A stretch of 64,000 nucleotides of DNA from Candidatus Nomurabacteria bacterium (GCA_943356415.1 CALREW010000001.1:80528-144527); one strand, 5' to 3'; shown: positions 1 to 8,908, numbered from the stretch's first letter. The notes: a model not told the origin generated them from the sequence alone. Program-made: numbers and translations.

Positions 1-1056
1 CGTGGGGAAAAAGCCATCGAAATACCGGACGAGCGTCGCGAGCAAGATAAAGGCGCGCTTAAGATCCGTGGCGGGAAGCTTTTCAATATAAAGAATCTCT
101 CCGCCGACATCCCCCTTGGACGTCTGGTGTGTATTACGGGCGTCTCTGGTTCTGGAAAATCTACATTCCTGTATGACATTGTGTATGAAAATTTGAGAGC
201 GCGTTTTGATAAGCGCTATCGCACTGCAAAGACGTATAACGCGGCTTCGTTTGAGGGAACTGAATACCTCTCGCGAGAAGTGCTTATCGACCAAAGTCCG
301 ATAGGACGCACGCCACGTTCAAATCCTGCAACCTACACTGGTGCGTGGACTCATATTCGCGACATGTTCGCGGCAAGCTCCGAGGCACGAGCGCGCGGTT
401 GGAAGGCAAATCGCTTCTCTTTCAACGTAAAAGGTGGGCGCTGTGAAGCCTGTGAAGGAAATGGGCTTATTGCGGTTGAGATGCACTTTTTGCCGACGGT
501 GTATGTCACCTGCGATATTTGCGGTGGAAAGCGCTTTATGAAAGAGACACTCGAAGTTAAGTATAAGAAAAAGAGTATTTACGACATCCTCAAAATGACG
601 ATAGAGGAGGCGCTCGAATTTTTTAAAGATATTCCGGCTATCCACGACCGTTTGCGCACCCTTGATGAGGTGGGTTTGGGTTATCTCGAGCTCGGGCAGA
701 GCGCCACAACGCTTTCAGGAGGCGAGGCACAGCGTGTGAAAATTGCTGCAGAATTGTATCGCCCCCACACGCAAAAGACCGTCTACTTACTCGACGAGCC
801 AACCGTAGGTCTTCATTACGAAGATGTTCGCAAGCTTATTGAAATACTCGAGAAGCTCGTCAAAGCAGGCAATACCGTTATTGTTATCGAGCACAATATG
901 GACGTTATCAAATGCGCTGACTATGTTATCGACTTTGGGCCTGAAGGTGGAGAGGGGGGAGGTAAAATTGTAGCGAAAGGCACGCCGGAGCAGGTGGCCA
1001 ATACTCCTGGTTCACACACGGGTAAATATCTTAAGAAAGCCTTGAAAGGGAGATAG
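1..1056 (+). CDS. uvrA: Excinuclease ABC subunit A, C-terminal part (5' end lies outside the window)
   Basis: The reading frame is open from nt 1. Motifs include GVSGSGKST (Walker A), LSGGEAQRVKIAAEL (ABC signature) and a Cys4 zinc module, CEACEGNG...CDICGGKRF. Confidence 0.9.
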   Translation, partial: RGEKAIEIPDERREQDKGALKIRGGKLFNIKNLSADIPLGRLVCITGVSGSGKSTFLYDIVYENLRARFDKRYRTAKTYNAASFEGTEYLSREVLIDQSPIGRTPRSNPATYTGAWTHIRDMFAASSEARARGWKANRFSFNVKGGRCEACEGNGLIAVEMHFLPTVYVTCDICGGKRFMKETLEVKYKKKSIYDILKMTIEEALEFFKDIPAIHDRLRTLDEVGLGYLELGQSATTLSGGEAQRVKIAAELYRPHTQKTVYLLDEPTVGLHYEDVRKLIEILEKLVKAGNTVIVIEHNMDVIKCADYVIDFGPEGGEGGGKIVAKGTPEQVANTPGSHTGKYLKKALKGR

Positions 1057-1060
1057 GAGA

Positions 1061-2329
1061 TTGGTAAGACTGTATTTACCGATGAACCTGGATCAATTTA
1101 AGAAAAAAAAGCTGCCAGATACGCCCGGGGTGTATTTCTTCCTCGGAAAGCGAAAAAAAATTCTCTATATAGGTAAAGCGACCTCTCTTAAGGATAGAGT
1201 TCGTAGCTACTTTGCATCCGACCTTATTGAAGGACGTGGTCAGCGGATTGTCAGTATGGTTGATGAGGCGAAATATCTTGAGTGGAGAGAGACCGACTCA
1301 GTTCTTGAGGCGCTGATACTTGAAGCCAACTTAATAAAGACGCACAAGCCGCACTATAACGTTCTTGAGAAAGATGGAAAGAGTTTTAACTACGTCGTCA
1401 TTACGAAAGAAGATTTCCCACGCGTACTTTTAGTTCGAGGCAAAGACTTACCGGTGCTGTGGCCGACGAAAATGCGACTAAAAGTCTTTGGTCCTTTTCC
1501 GCATGGTTTACAACTTCAAGAAGCGCTGAAGCTGATACGTCGCATATTTCCGTATCGAGACTCCTCATGCACACCTGCAGATGTACAGATTGCAGATGGA
1601 AAAACTCCCAAGCCCTGTTTCAACGCGCAAATAGGACTCTGCCCAGGAGTATGCTCCGGATTGATAACTACGACTGAGTATCGAAACATCATTCGTCACC
1701 TCATTTTATTCTTCTCGGGAAAGAAGAAGGCGCTTCTCCTTACCCTTGAACGCGAGATGAAGCGCTTTGCAAAAGAGGAGCGTTTTGAAGAAGCTGCCGA
1801 GCGACGTCGACAGATATTTGCACTCACCCATATAAACGATGTGGCACTTATTAAAGAAGAGTACCGTGCTCCACAGGGTTCGACGCCCTTTCGTGTGGAG
1901 GCATACGATGTTGCGCACTTAATGGGTGGCGCAATGGTGGGAGTAATGACGGTGGTAGAAAATGGCGTAAAACTCCCTGCCGAATACCGCAAATTTAATA
2001 TAAAAACCGTCAAAGGTAGCAACGACCCAGCGGCGCTCTCAGAAGTGCTTTCTCGTCGCTTGGGGCACGATGAGTGGCAGATGCCTAAGCTTATCGTGGT
2101 GGATGGCTCAACGGCACAACTCAACGCAGCGGAAAAAGTACTTGAAAGTGCCGGAGTACGCATACCACTTGTTGGAGTGGTGAAAGATGAAAAGCACCGC
2201 CCAAAGCAAATAAAAGGGGATCGAATGCTTATAACCACTCGTGAGAAAGATATATTGCTTGCAAATGCTGAGGCGCATCGCTACGCCATCGCTTTCCATC
2301 GACAAAAGAAGCGTAAAGAGATGTTCTGA
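1061..2329 (+). CDS. uvrC: Excinuclease ABC subunit C, short form (GIY-YIG, UvrB-interaction and RNase H-like domains; no C-terminal HhH)
   Basis: N-terminal GIY-YIG (GVYFFLGKRKKILYIGKATSLKDRVRSYF), a UvrBC motif (EEAAERRRQIF) and an RNaseH-like region (KLIVVDGSTAQLNAA). It lies immediately downstream of uvrA. Confidence 0.8.
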   Translation: MVRLYLPMNLDQFKKKKLPDTPGVYFFLGKRKKILYIGKATSLKDRVRSYFASDLIEGRGQRIVSMVDEAKYLEWRETDSVLEALILEANLIKTHKPHYNVLEKDGKSFNYVVITKEDFPRVLLVRGKDLPVLWPTKMRLKVFGPFPHGLQLQEALKLIRRIFPYRDSSCTPADVQIADGKTPKPCFNAQIGLCPGVCSGLITTTEYRNIIRHLILFFSGKKKALLLTLEREMKRFAKEERFEEAAERRRQIFALTHINDVALIKEEYRAPQGSTPFRVEAYDVAHLMGGAMVGVMTVVENGVKLPAEYRKFNIKTVKGSNDPAALSEVLSRRLGHDEWQMPKLIVVDGSTAQLNAAEKVLESAGVRIPLVGVVKDEKHRPKQIKGDRMLITTREKDILLANAEAHRYAIAFHRQKKRKEMF

Positions 2330-2364
2330 AACTCTAGACCGGGCTTCTTGGTATACTTATATAT

Positions 2365-3339
2365 ATGCAGAGGACTGTCGTTGGGGTTTTGCGTGGAGGC
2401 CCATCAAGCGAATATGAGGTCTCCCTTAATTCTGGAGCCACGGTACTAGCTGAGCTCGATCGAAGCCGATTCGAACCCCGAGATATTTTTATCGGACGCG
2501 ATGGAACATGGCATCTTGGTGGCCGTCCGGTTCCTATCAACAAGGCACTTCAAGGTGCCGATGTCGTTTTTAATGCGTTGCATGGTGAATACGGCGAGGA
2601 CGGTACAGTCCAACGTATTCTCGATATCCACGGCATGCCCTACACGGGTTCGGGTTCCTTGGCGTCCGCTATTGCGTTGAGCAAGCACCGCACAAAGGAG
2701 CTACTTGAACCATACGGAATTCGCATGGCTCAAGGTGTATTGGTGTCGCCTGAAGATGATGGGCAGCTCGAAATCGACGTCATGCGCGTGTTCAACGCTT
2801 TTCCAGCGCCGTGGGTGATAAAACCAGCTGCTTCAGGCTCTTCTGTAGGAGTGTCGGTTGTCCGCGATTACACGAAACTTCCAGATGCGATACGAGACGC
2901 TCAACGCATCGGACCGAAAGTCCTTGTCGAAGAATTTGTCCGCGGGAGGGAAGCGACTGTTGGTGTCGCTGATAATTTTCGCGGGGAAGAGACGTATGCA
3001 TTTTTCCCCGTTGAAATAATTCTGCCAGGAAATGCCGCGTGTTGGACCTACGAAGCAAAGTATGACGGTTCGTCGCAAGAAATATGTCCTGGCAACTTCA
3101 CCCACGCGCAAAAGGAAGAGCTCATAACTACTGCAAAAAAGGTTCACAAAGCATTGGGCTTGTCGCACTATTCTCGTTCAGATTTCATAGTCACTCCTCG
3201 AGGGGCGTATTTTCTTGAAGTAAATACGCTCCCTGGCCTTACGTCTGAATCGTTACTTCCAAAAGCAGTAAAAGCTGCGGGAGCCACACTTTCTGAATTC
3301 TTTAGTCACCTTATCGATCTTGCACTTAAGAAAAAGTAA
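2365..3339 (+). CDS. ddl: D-alanine--D-alanine ligase
   Basis: Typical Ddl N-terminus (VGVLRGGPSSEYEVSL), HGEYGEDGTVQ motif and ATP-grasp C-terminal half. Confidence 0.85.
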   Translation: MQRTVVGVLRGGPSSEYEVSLNSGATVLAELDRSRFEPRDIFIGRDGTWHLGGRPVPINKALQGADVVFNALHGEYGEDGTVQRILDIHGMPYTGSGSLASAIALSKHRTKELLEPYGIRMAQGVLVSPEDDGQLEIDVMRVFNAFPAPWVIKPAASGSSVGVSVVRDYTKLPDAIRDAQRIGPKVLVEEFVRGREATVGVADNFRGEETYAFFPVEIILPGNAACWTYEAKYDGSSQEICPGNFTHAQKEELITTAKKVHKALGLSHYSRSDFIVTPRGAYFLEVNTLPGLTSESLLPKAVKAAGATLSEFFSHLIDLALKKK

Positions 3340-3340
3340 T

Positions 3341-3670
3341 ATGGATTTTGCGAAGAAACGCTGTATACCGTGCGAGGGGAATGTGCCGCCGCTTACCTTG
3401 CCTCAGGCAAGAGATTTCATGCAGCACATACCGGGATGGACCTTGTCGGAGAATGGAATGAATATTTACCGGGAGTATTCTTTTAAAAACTTCGACGAGA
3501 CGATGGAGTTTGTAAATATGGTCGCTGAACTTGCGGAGACCGAAGGTCATCACCCAGACATGCAGGTGAGCTATGGAAAAGTACGACTTGAATTAACCAC
3601 GCACGCTATTGGAGGACTTTCAGAAAACGATATTATTTTGGCTGCGAAGATAAATGAGCTCGCGCTGTAG
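3341..3670 (+). CDS. Pterin-4a-carbinolamine dehydratase (PCD/DCoH)
   Basis: ~110 aa with the EGHHPD motif. The start is taken at the ATG at 3341, just after the ddl stop; the tracked ORF start at 3320 overlaps ddl. Confidence 0.7.
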   Translation: MDFAKKRCIPCEGNVPPLTLPQARDFMQHIPGWTLSENGMNIYREYSFKNFDETMEFVNMVAELAETEGHHPDMQVSYGKVRLELTTHAIGGLSENDIILAAKINELAL

Positions 3671-3695
3671 AGGTAGGACCGCGCGGATACCCTAC

Positions 3696-4019
3696 CTAGA
3701 AGTCCTCTTTCGTAGAATCGGTAGTTATCATTTCACCCTTTTCTATATCTCGCAGTGCGATGTCGCAATGATGCTCAAAATCTTGAATCGTATTGGGAGT
3801 ACTTGAATGGTTCGTATAGCGGTCCGGTTCGCCGTAGAGATATATACGCCCACTTCGTGTATGTGTAGAATCTCTGTCCTCTGGTGAGAGCGAAGCAAAT
3901 TCCTCGGCAGATATCACTCGGATGTTGTATTGCTTGATAACCTCACCTTTCTTGAATGAGCGACCCGCATACACGCCTTTTCCGTGCAGATTTCCCTTCC
4001 CGATAAAAACATCACTCAT
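3696..4019 (-). CDS. Small SET-domain protein (putative lysine methyltransferase)
   Basis: GKGVYA...KGEVI core and an NHSSTPNT motif, which is a variant of the SET NHSCxPN motif. ~107 aa, like bacterial mini-SET proteins. Confidence 0.55.
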   Translation of the reverse strand: MSDVFIGKGNLHGKGVYAGRSFKKGEVIKQYNIRVISAEEFASLSPEDRDSTHTRSGRIYLYGEPDRYTNHSSTPNTIQDFEHHCDIALRDIEKGEMITTDSTKEDF

Positions 4020-4092
4020 GGTGGACCCAGGGGGAGTCGAACCCCCGCCTCTGCAATGCGAATGCAGCGTTTTACCACTTAACTATGGGCCC
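4019..4092 (-). tRNA. tRNA-Ala (anticodon CGC)
   Basis: The reverse complement folds as a cloverleaf with a G3:U70 acceptor pair and anticodon loop UUCGCAU. CCA is encoded. An antisense spurious ORF overlaps it. Confidence 0.8.
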
Positions 4093-4108
4093 TCGTGCAA
4101 AATCTGTG

Positions 4109-4179
4109 TCGGGGTGCCGAGAATCGAACTCGGGTTTTACGCACCCGAAGCGTACATAATACCACTATATCACACCCCG
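4109..4179 (-). tRNA. tRNA-Pro (anticodon CGG)
   Basis: Reverse complement has acceptor CGGGGUG/CACCCCG, anticodon stem-loop UACGC-UUCGGGU-GCGUA and a T-arm with GTTCGATTC. The D-arm is imperfect. Confidence 0.6.
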
Positions 4180-4227
4180 ACACAGATTTCGACGATTGTA
4201 AAGTTACGTCCTCCGCAACAGCGCGGG

Positions 4228-4300
4228 TGGACGGTACAGGACTCGAACCTGTGACCTCTCCCGTGTGAAGGGAATGCTCTACCAACTGAGCTAACCGTCC
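4228..4300 (-). tRNA. tRNA-Val (anticodon CAC)
   Basis: Reverse complement GGACGGTTAGCTCAGTTGGTAGAGC...TTCACAC...GGTTCGAGTCC; anticodon loop UUCACAC. Confidence 0.8.
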
Positions 4301-4406
4301 CGGTTTTGAGCTCAAGAATAGTACCTTATTTTAAACGGGTTTTAAATACGGACGACAAAGTTTAATCGGTGTGTTTCAATTGCGAAGGCAGACAGGGAGG
4401 GACCGT

Positions 4407-4529
4407 ATGCGCGATTTCCAATTGCGCTTAGCCGTTTGGTGGCATCAGCAAAAAGGAGGGTTCCTGATCATCGCGGTGATCCTCGCCTTTCTCTCGCTGA
4501 AAGTCATTCTTCCACCGCGAGGCGAATAG
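4407..4529 (+). CDS. Possible 40-aa single-TM peptide (MRDFQLRLAVWWHQQKGGFLIIAVILAFLSLKVILPPRGE)
   Basis: Short ORF below the track cutoff. It is followed by two GC hairpins (4515-4535 and 4536-4565). No homology support. Confidence 0.2.
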   Translation: MRDFQLRLAVWWHQQKGGFLIIAVILAFLSLKVILPPRGE

Positions 4530-4610
4530 CCTCGCGACAAGCCCCGGCGGTTGCCGGGACTTGTCTTGTCTAGACCTCTATCTTTTTACGCGGTATAGTG
4601 CCAACCGTAA

Positions 4611-4686
4611 CGGGCCCTTAGCTTAGTTGGTAGAGCGCCTCATTTGCAATGAGGAGGTCACCGGTTCGAATCCGGTAGGGTCCACC
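4611..4686 (+). tRNA. tRNA-Ala (anticodon TGC)
   Basis: GGGCCCTTAGCTTAGTTGGTAGAGC...TTTGCAA...GGTTCGAATCC...AGGGTCCACCA. G3:U70 is present and CCA is encoded. Confidence 0.9.
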
Positions 4687-6190
4687 AAATTTGATTTGCA
4701 TCAGAATTGACCGCGCCCGCGCCAGAGGCGCGGGCTTGGGCTGGCATTTCCGCCAAGAAATTCCAAGGGGTTTTGAATTCCGCCAAAAGCATTCCCGCCG
4801 CGAGGCGGCGGTTCGAGCCGATGGAAACAAGAAAATCTTTCATCCCCGAAAGATTTTCTTGTTTCGAGAGATTTTCGGCTTGGTTGGCTTCAATAATCCA
4901 GTTTCGCATGAGTTCGAGCCAATGATTACCTTTTCGCTCAAAATCACTCAATTTCTCCTCCAGTGTCTTTTTTTCCGACATTAAAATATTCTTTTTCTCC
5001 TGATACTCGGTAAGTTCCAATGCCTCGCCTAAATATGCGTCTGTAAGTCGCTCTAGTCGCATTTTAATGGCGGAAATAGTATCGCGGAGATTTTGAGCGA
5101 AAAGGTCAGACGAATGGCGGGATTCCACTTGCTCGCTTTCAAGACGAGCAATATATTTGTCCCGCCATTCGTCCGGCAAAGAAACTTTTTGACAAAGCGT
5201 TTTCACTTGCTCGGCTAGGGCTTCCTCACGCAAAAAGCGATTTTCAGTACACGCAATAGTTTTACTCTTGTGGGTGCAACGATAATATACGAACTTCAAA
5301 CCACTTTTCTTGATGTGTCGCTCGGCGGTTATTGCATATCCACAAACCCCACAAGTAGCAAAACCTAAAAACTGAAAATTCTTTGGTCCTCGCTTTTTGC
5401 GGGGTTTACCATTCGTGATACACGCCTCTTGGATTTGGTCAAAAAGTTTCTTTGAAATCATTGGCTTATGCGATCCGGCATGCACATCGCCACGATACTG
5501 AAAATGTCCGTAGTAAAAAGGATTAGTTAAAATATGCTCCACCGAGGCAAGGGCGAGGGGCTTGCCGGTCTTGCCAACCAAGCCGACAGAAAACATTTTG
5601 CGCTGAATGCCAGTGAGCGTGTATTGTCCTGTAGCAAAAGCCCCTAGACATTCTTTCACTTTCGCAAAGGTCTTTTTGTCCGGCTCAATCGTTCGCAAAC
5701 GAGGTTCGTTGAAATAGCCGAGAGGGGCTTTTGCCGATAATTCGCCACGGCGTATCTTTTGCCGTATACCGCGCAAAATGTTTTCTCGCAAATTATCGGT
5801 GTAATATTTTGCTTGACCGAACGCCACAGACAACATGAATTTACCCTGTGGCGTCGGCTCAAACCAAAATGTAGGGAATTTTAGCGTGGTGATTTTGCCA
5901 GTGTCTACTAAATAAATCACTCTGCCTCCGTCTATCGAGTTGCGCGCCAATCTATCGGGATTCCACGCTAAAATTCCCTGCGCAGTGCCTTTTTCAATTT
6001 CGCCAAGCATTTCTTTAAAAATTTCACGACCAGGTTCTTTTGCAGTTTTACTCTCGTAAAATTCCTTAACAACAAAAAGAGAGTTTTGCTTGGCGAATTC
6101 CCGAAGCTCCGTCAGTTGTGCCTCAATGCTCAAAACTTGGCGTTCTTCATCTTCGCTCGATTTTCTACAGTAGATAAAATATTTCGTCAT
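4658..6190 (-). CDS. Large serine recombinase (resolvase catalytic domain, recombinase domain and zinc ribbon)
   Basis: N-terminus YCRKSSEDEERQVLSIEAQ carries the catalytic Ser, followed by ...DRLARN and a CGVCG...YYRC zinc ribbon with a coiled coil. The start is taken at MTKY (ATG at 6190), because the tracked N-terminal extension runs into repeat A'. The 3' end runs through repeat A into the tRNA 3' end. Confidence 0.85.
   Translation of the reverse strand: MTKYFIYCRKSSEDEERQVLSIEAQLTELREFAKQNSLFVVKEFYESKTAKEPGREIFKEMLGEIEKGTAQGILAWNPDRLARNSIDGGRVIYLVDTGKITTLKFPTFWFEPTPQGKFMLSVAFGQAKYYTDNLRENILRGIRQKIRRGELSAKAPLGYFNEPRLRTIEPDKKTFAKVKECLGAFATGQYTLTGIQRKMFSVGLVGKTGKPLALASVEHILTNPFYYGHFQYRGDVHAGSHKPMISKKLFDQIQEACITNGKPRKKRGPKNFQFLGFATCGVCGYAITAERHIKKSGLKFVYYRCTHKSKTIACTENRFLREEALAEQVKTLCQKVSLPDEWRDKYIARLESEQVESRHSSDLFAQNLRDTISAIKMRLERLTDAYLGEALELTEYQEKKNILMSEKKTLEEKLSDFERKGNHWLELMRNWIIEANQAENLSKQENLSGMKDFLVSIGSNRRLAAGMLLAEFKTPWNFLAEMPAQARASGAGAVNSDANQIWWTLPDSNR
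4681..4814. repeat. Inverted repeat A (134 bp), starting with the last 6 nt (CCACCA) of tRNA-Ala(TGC)
   Basis: A perfect reverse-complement copy lies at 6294-6427; I verified this base by base. The segment also encodes the C-terminal ~44 aa of the recombinase. Confidence 0.9.
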
Positions 6191-6293
6191 AGCTTCGGGA
6201 ATTAAATTGATAAAGGCACTGCACTTACACCGACAATTTGCAATCTCTCCGCATCGGCTCCTGTGCGAAGCACAGAACAAGCGTTAGCTTGTG

Positions 6294-6427
6294 GAACCGC
6301 CGCCTCGCGGCGGGAATGCTTTTGGCGGAATTCAAAACCCCTTGGAATTTCTTGGCGGAAATGCCAGCCCAAGCCCGCGCCTCTGGCGCGGGCGCGGTCA
6401 ATTCTGATGCAAATCAAATTTGGTGGT
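6294..6427. repeat. Inverted repeat A' (reverse complement of 4681-4814), ending in TGGTGG
   Basis: Perfect identity to the reverse complement of repeat A. Confidence 0.9.
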
Positions 6428-6678
6428 GTTTGTTTGAAAAAGTTAGAACTCATTTCGAGCAGAACCCCTGACTTCGCACGCGCGGAGCGCGTGATGGCTT
6501 GAAACTGCCTCGTACGCTCGGATTGCGTGGTGATGCGAACCAATGCGCCTCGGACACGCTCGCGGACTCGCGTGTGCAAAACCCAAAAATTTTCCTTCCT
6601 TAATTTCTGATTTTCGGCGGGGGGTGTGGGGGGAGCCGACAAAAAATGGAAAGGAAATTTTTGGTTTTGCTTCGCCGT
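6423..6678. repeat. Inverted repeat B (~255 bp), abutting repeat A' at the TGGTGG core
   Basis: The reverse complement recurs at 9105-9359. The spurious ORFs 6202..6816(-) and the 9083.. N-terminal extension share the identical peptide ...AKQNQKFPFHFLSAPPTPPAENQKLRKENFW... Confidence 0.9.
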
Positions 6679-6759
6679 ATTGAGAATACTTACAATTATT
6701 GCTATCATAGTATTGTACTCAAAGTATACCACAAATAATGATATCAAAGTATTGAAACT

Positions 6760-6957
6760 ATGGCAACGATTGGCGAAAATATAAAAAGAGTGCGTAACAA
6801 GCTTGGTTTGACCCAAGACGATTTAGTGAGGAAGTCCGGTGTTAAACATACTACTCTTACAAAAATTGAAAGTAATGTGGTGGTCAAACCAAGCGTGCAG
6901 ACCGTCGCCAAAATCGCCAAGTCGTTGGGCGTTCCTATGGAGGAATTAGTAAAATAA
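6760..6957 (+). CDS. XRE-family (Cro/CI-type) HTH transcriptional regulator
   Basis: 65 aa; IKRVRNKLGLTQDDLVRKSGVKHTTLTKIE is a classic HTH_3 pattern. First gene of the AT-rich cargo operon, with a repeated CAAAGTAT motif upstream. Confidence 0.75.
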   Translation: MATIGENIKRVRNKLGLTQDDLVRKSGVKHTTLTKIESNVVVKPSVQTVAKIAKSLGVPMEELVK

Positions 6958-6961
6958 TTTT

Positions 6962-7477
6962 ATGGCAATAAACACAGCACCACATATTCATAATCTTGTA
7001 ATCTGCGCGAATATTTTTGTCCGCAAAGACGGCAAGTATCTTTTACTAAAACGATCTGCACAAAAAAAGTATGCACCGAATGTAATTCATCCTATCGGCG
7101 GAAAAGTAGACCCTGATGAAAATCCTTATACTGGCGCACAACGCGAGCTTTTAGAAGAAGCCGGAATCAAAGTCAAAAATATGCGTTTAGAAGCTGTCAT
7201 CATGGAAATTAAGCCAGTAAAGGGTGAGGACGAAAATTGGTTGATTTTTCACTTTTCCGCCGATTACGAATCGGGCGAACTTATAACAACCAAAGAGGGA
7301 GAATTTGTTTATTTAAGTGCTGAAGAAATACCAAAGCAAGATTTGTTTCCATCTGTTCGCCCCATTATTCAACACATTCTCAATCCGAAAGATGGAACAG
7401 TATTTTTTACAGTTTCCTATGATGATAATGGAAAAGTTGTTGAGGAAACAAAAAGCGTGAATCTATGCGCTATATAA
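6962..7477 (+). CDS. Nudix hydrolase
   Basis: Nudix box GGKVDPDENPYTGAQRELLEEAGI (GX5EX7REUXEEXGU). Confidence 0.8.
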   Translation: MAINTAPHIHNLVICANIFVRKDGKYLLLKRSAQKKYAPNVIHPIGGKVDPDENPYTGAQRELLEEAGIKVKNMRLEAVIMEIKPVKGEDENWLIFHFSADYESGELITTKEGEFVYLSAEEIPKQDLFPSVRPIIQHILNPKDGTVFFTVSYDDNGKVVEETKSVNLCAI

Positions 7478-7481
7478 ATTT

Positions 7482-8033
7482 ATGGCAAATATTACTTTTA
7501 TAACAGGTAACCAAAAGAAAGCCGACTATCTAGCCAAGTATCTTGGTTTTCCTGTTGACCATGTAAAACTTGATTTAGACGAAATTCAATCACTTAATCT
7601 AAAAGAAATTGTTGAACATAAAGTCCGACAGGCTTATGAAAAAATAAAGAAGCCTGTCATTGTTGAGGATGTTTCGTTAGAGTTTGCCGCGCTTGGTAGG
7701 TTACCCGGCACTTTTATTAAATTTTTTGTTGACGAAGTACCATTTGAAAATATTTGTTCAATGATTGATGGAAAAACAAGAAAAGCAACCGCCCGATGTG
7801 TGTTTGGGTACTTTGATGGACAAGAATTGAAACTTTTTGAGGGTGGACTTGATGGTGAAATAGCCACAACGCCGTCAGGCGAAAATGGCTATGGCTGGGA
7901 TAAAATTTTTATCCCGCAAGGTTACACCGTAACGCGAGCTTCACTTGAAGAAAAAGACGACCAAAAAACTTATTTACAAATCAAGCCATTTGCAAAATTA
8001 AAAGAGTTTCTTGAATCAAAAATCAACAACTAA
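7482..8033 (+). CDS. Ham1/RdgB-family non-canonical purine NTP pyrophosphatase (ITPase-like)
   Basis: FITGNQKK at the N-terminus, VEDVSLEFAALGRLPG and GYGWDKIF, corresponding to the Ham1 motifs. Confidence 0.8.
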   Translation: MANITFITGNQKKADYLAKYLGFPVDHVKLDLDEIQSLNLKEIVEHKVRQAYEKIKKPVIVEDVSLEFAALGRLPGTFIKFFVDEVPFENICSMIDGKTRKATARCVFGYFDGQELKLFEGGLDGEIATTPSGENGYGWDKIFIPQGYTVTRASLEEKDDQKTYLQIKPFAKLKEFLESKINN

Positions 8034-8035
8034 AT

Positions 8036-8482
8036 ATGACAACAATAAATGAGGGTAAAATCAGAATAAAAGCCATGTGTCTTTTTCATAAAGATGGGAA
8101 AGTTTTGGTATCTAAAGGCTTTGATAAAGTAAAAAATGAAAACTTTTATCGCGTTCTTGGTGGTAGCGTAAATTTCTTTGAAACCGGCGAAGCCGGTGTC
8201 CGCAGAGAGATACAAGAGGAATTGCTAAGCGAAGTTGAAAATTTGAAATTGATTGATGTCATTGAGAACTTGTTTACTTATGAGGGAAACAAGGGGCATG
8301 AAATTGTTTTCTTGTATCATGGGGATTTAGCGCGTAAGGAATTATATGCGCAAAATCCTATTCATATCATTGAGGAAGCCTATGAATTTGATGCTGAATG
8401 GATTGCTACAAGTGATATTCTTGCTGGGAAAATTCCTCTCTATCCAGCTCTTGATTACAAAAGTTTATTCAAGAAACTATAA
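8036..8482 (+). CDS. Nudix hydrolase (second copy, divergent)
   Basis: GGSVNFFETGEAGVRREIQEELL is a Nudix-box-like sequence. Confidence 0.7.
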   Translation: MTTINEGKIRIKAMCLFHKDGKVLVSKGFDKVKNENFYRVLGGSVNFFETGEAGVRREIQEELLSEVENLKLIDVIENLFTYEGNKGHEIVFLYHGDLARKELYAQNPIHIIEEAYEFDAEWIATSDILAGKIPLYPALDYKSLFKKL

Positions 8483-8501
8483 TTAACTTTTAACCAAAAT
8501 T

Positions 8502-8903
8502 ATGTATCTAAGCTATTTAATGGGAGCAAAAAATATTAACGATGAAGATTTAACAAATCTTGATATTGTTATTGTGGAGAAAACAGATTCAGAAAGTAGG
8601 AAACTCAAAATTCCGTCTGAAAAAATCGAGGGATACAAGAATTTAATTAGAGAAAAAATGACTCCTGGGTTTTGGAACGAATTTTTAGACGAAAATGCTG
8701 TGCATTTTATTTTCAAGTTAAAGAACGGTGAATTAAAAGAATATGTCTTGTCACCAGAAAACGAACTAGAAATTGACCATCTTTGTGCTGAATTAAACAA
8801 TGAACCAGCTGGAAAAACCGCGAATGTTTTTAAATATATTTCCGACAATGATTTTTACCACGATTTTATGATGAAGCATTATAAAGAAATGATTGAACGG
8901 TAA
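8502..8903 (+). CDS. Hypothetical protein (133 aa, acidic, no recognisable domain)
   Basis: ORF in the same AT-rich operon, followed by a strong hairpin. Confidence 0.45.
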   Translation: MYLSYLMGAKNINDEDLTNLDIVIVEKTDSESRKLKIPSEKIEGYKNLIREKMTPGFWNEFLDENAVHFIFKLKNGELKEYVLSPENELEIDHLCAELNNEPAGKTANVFKYISDNDFYHDFMMKHYKEMIER

Positions 8904-8908
8904 GGGAG

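Noticed and set aside
6202-6816. 204-aa minus-strand ORF spanning repeats A' and B; also the first 118 codons of ORF 9083..9997 and the ORFs 4691..4984 and 6263..6502
   Set aside because: They are read-through frames across the inverted repeats, so the same peptides appear at each copy. They have no start context, and the GNAT gene has a proper start at 9437.
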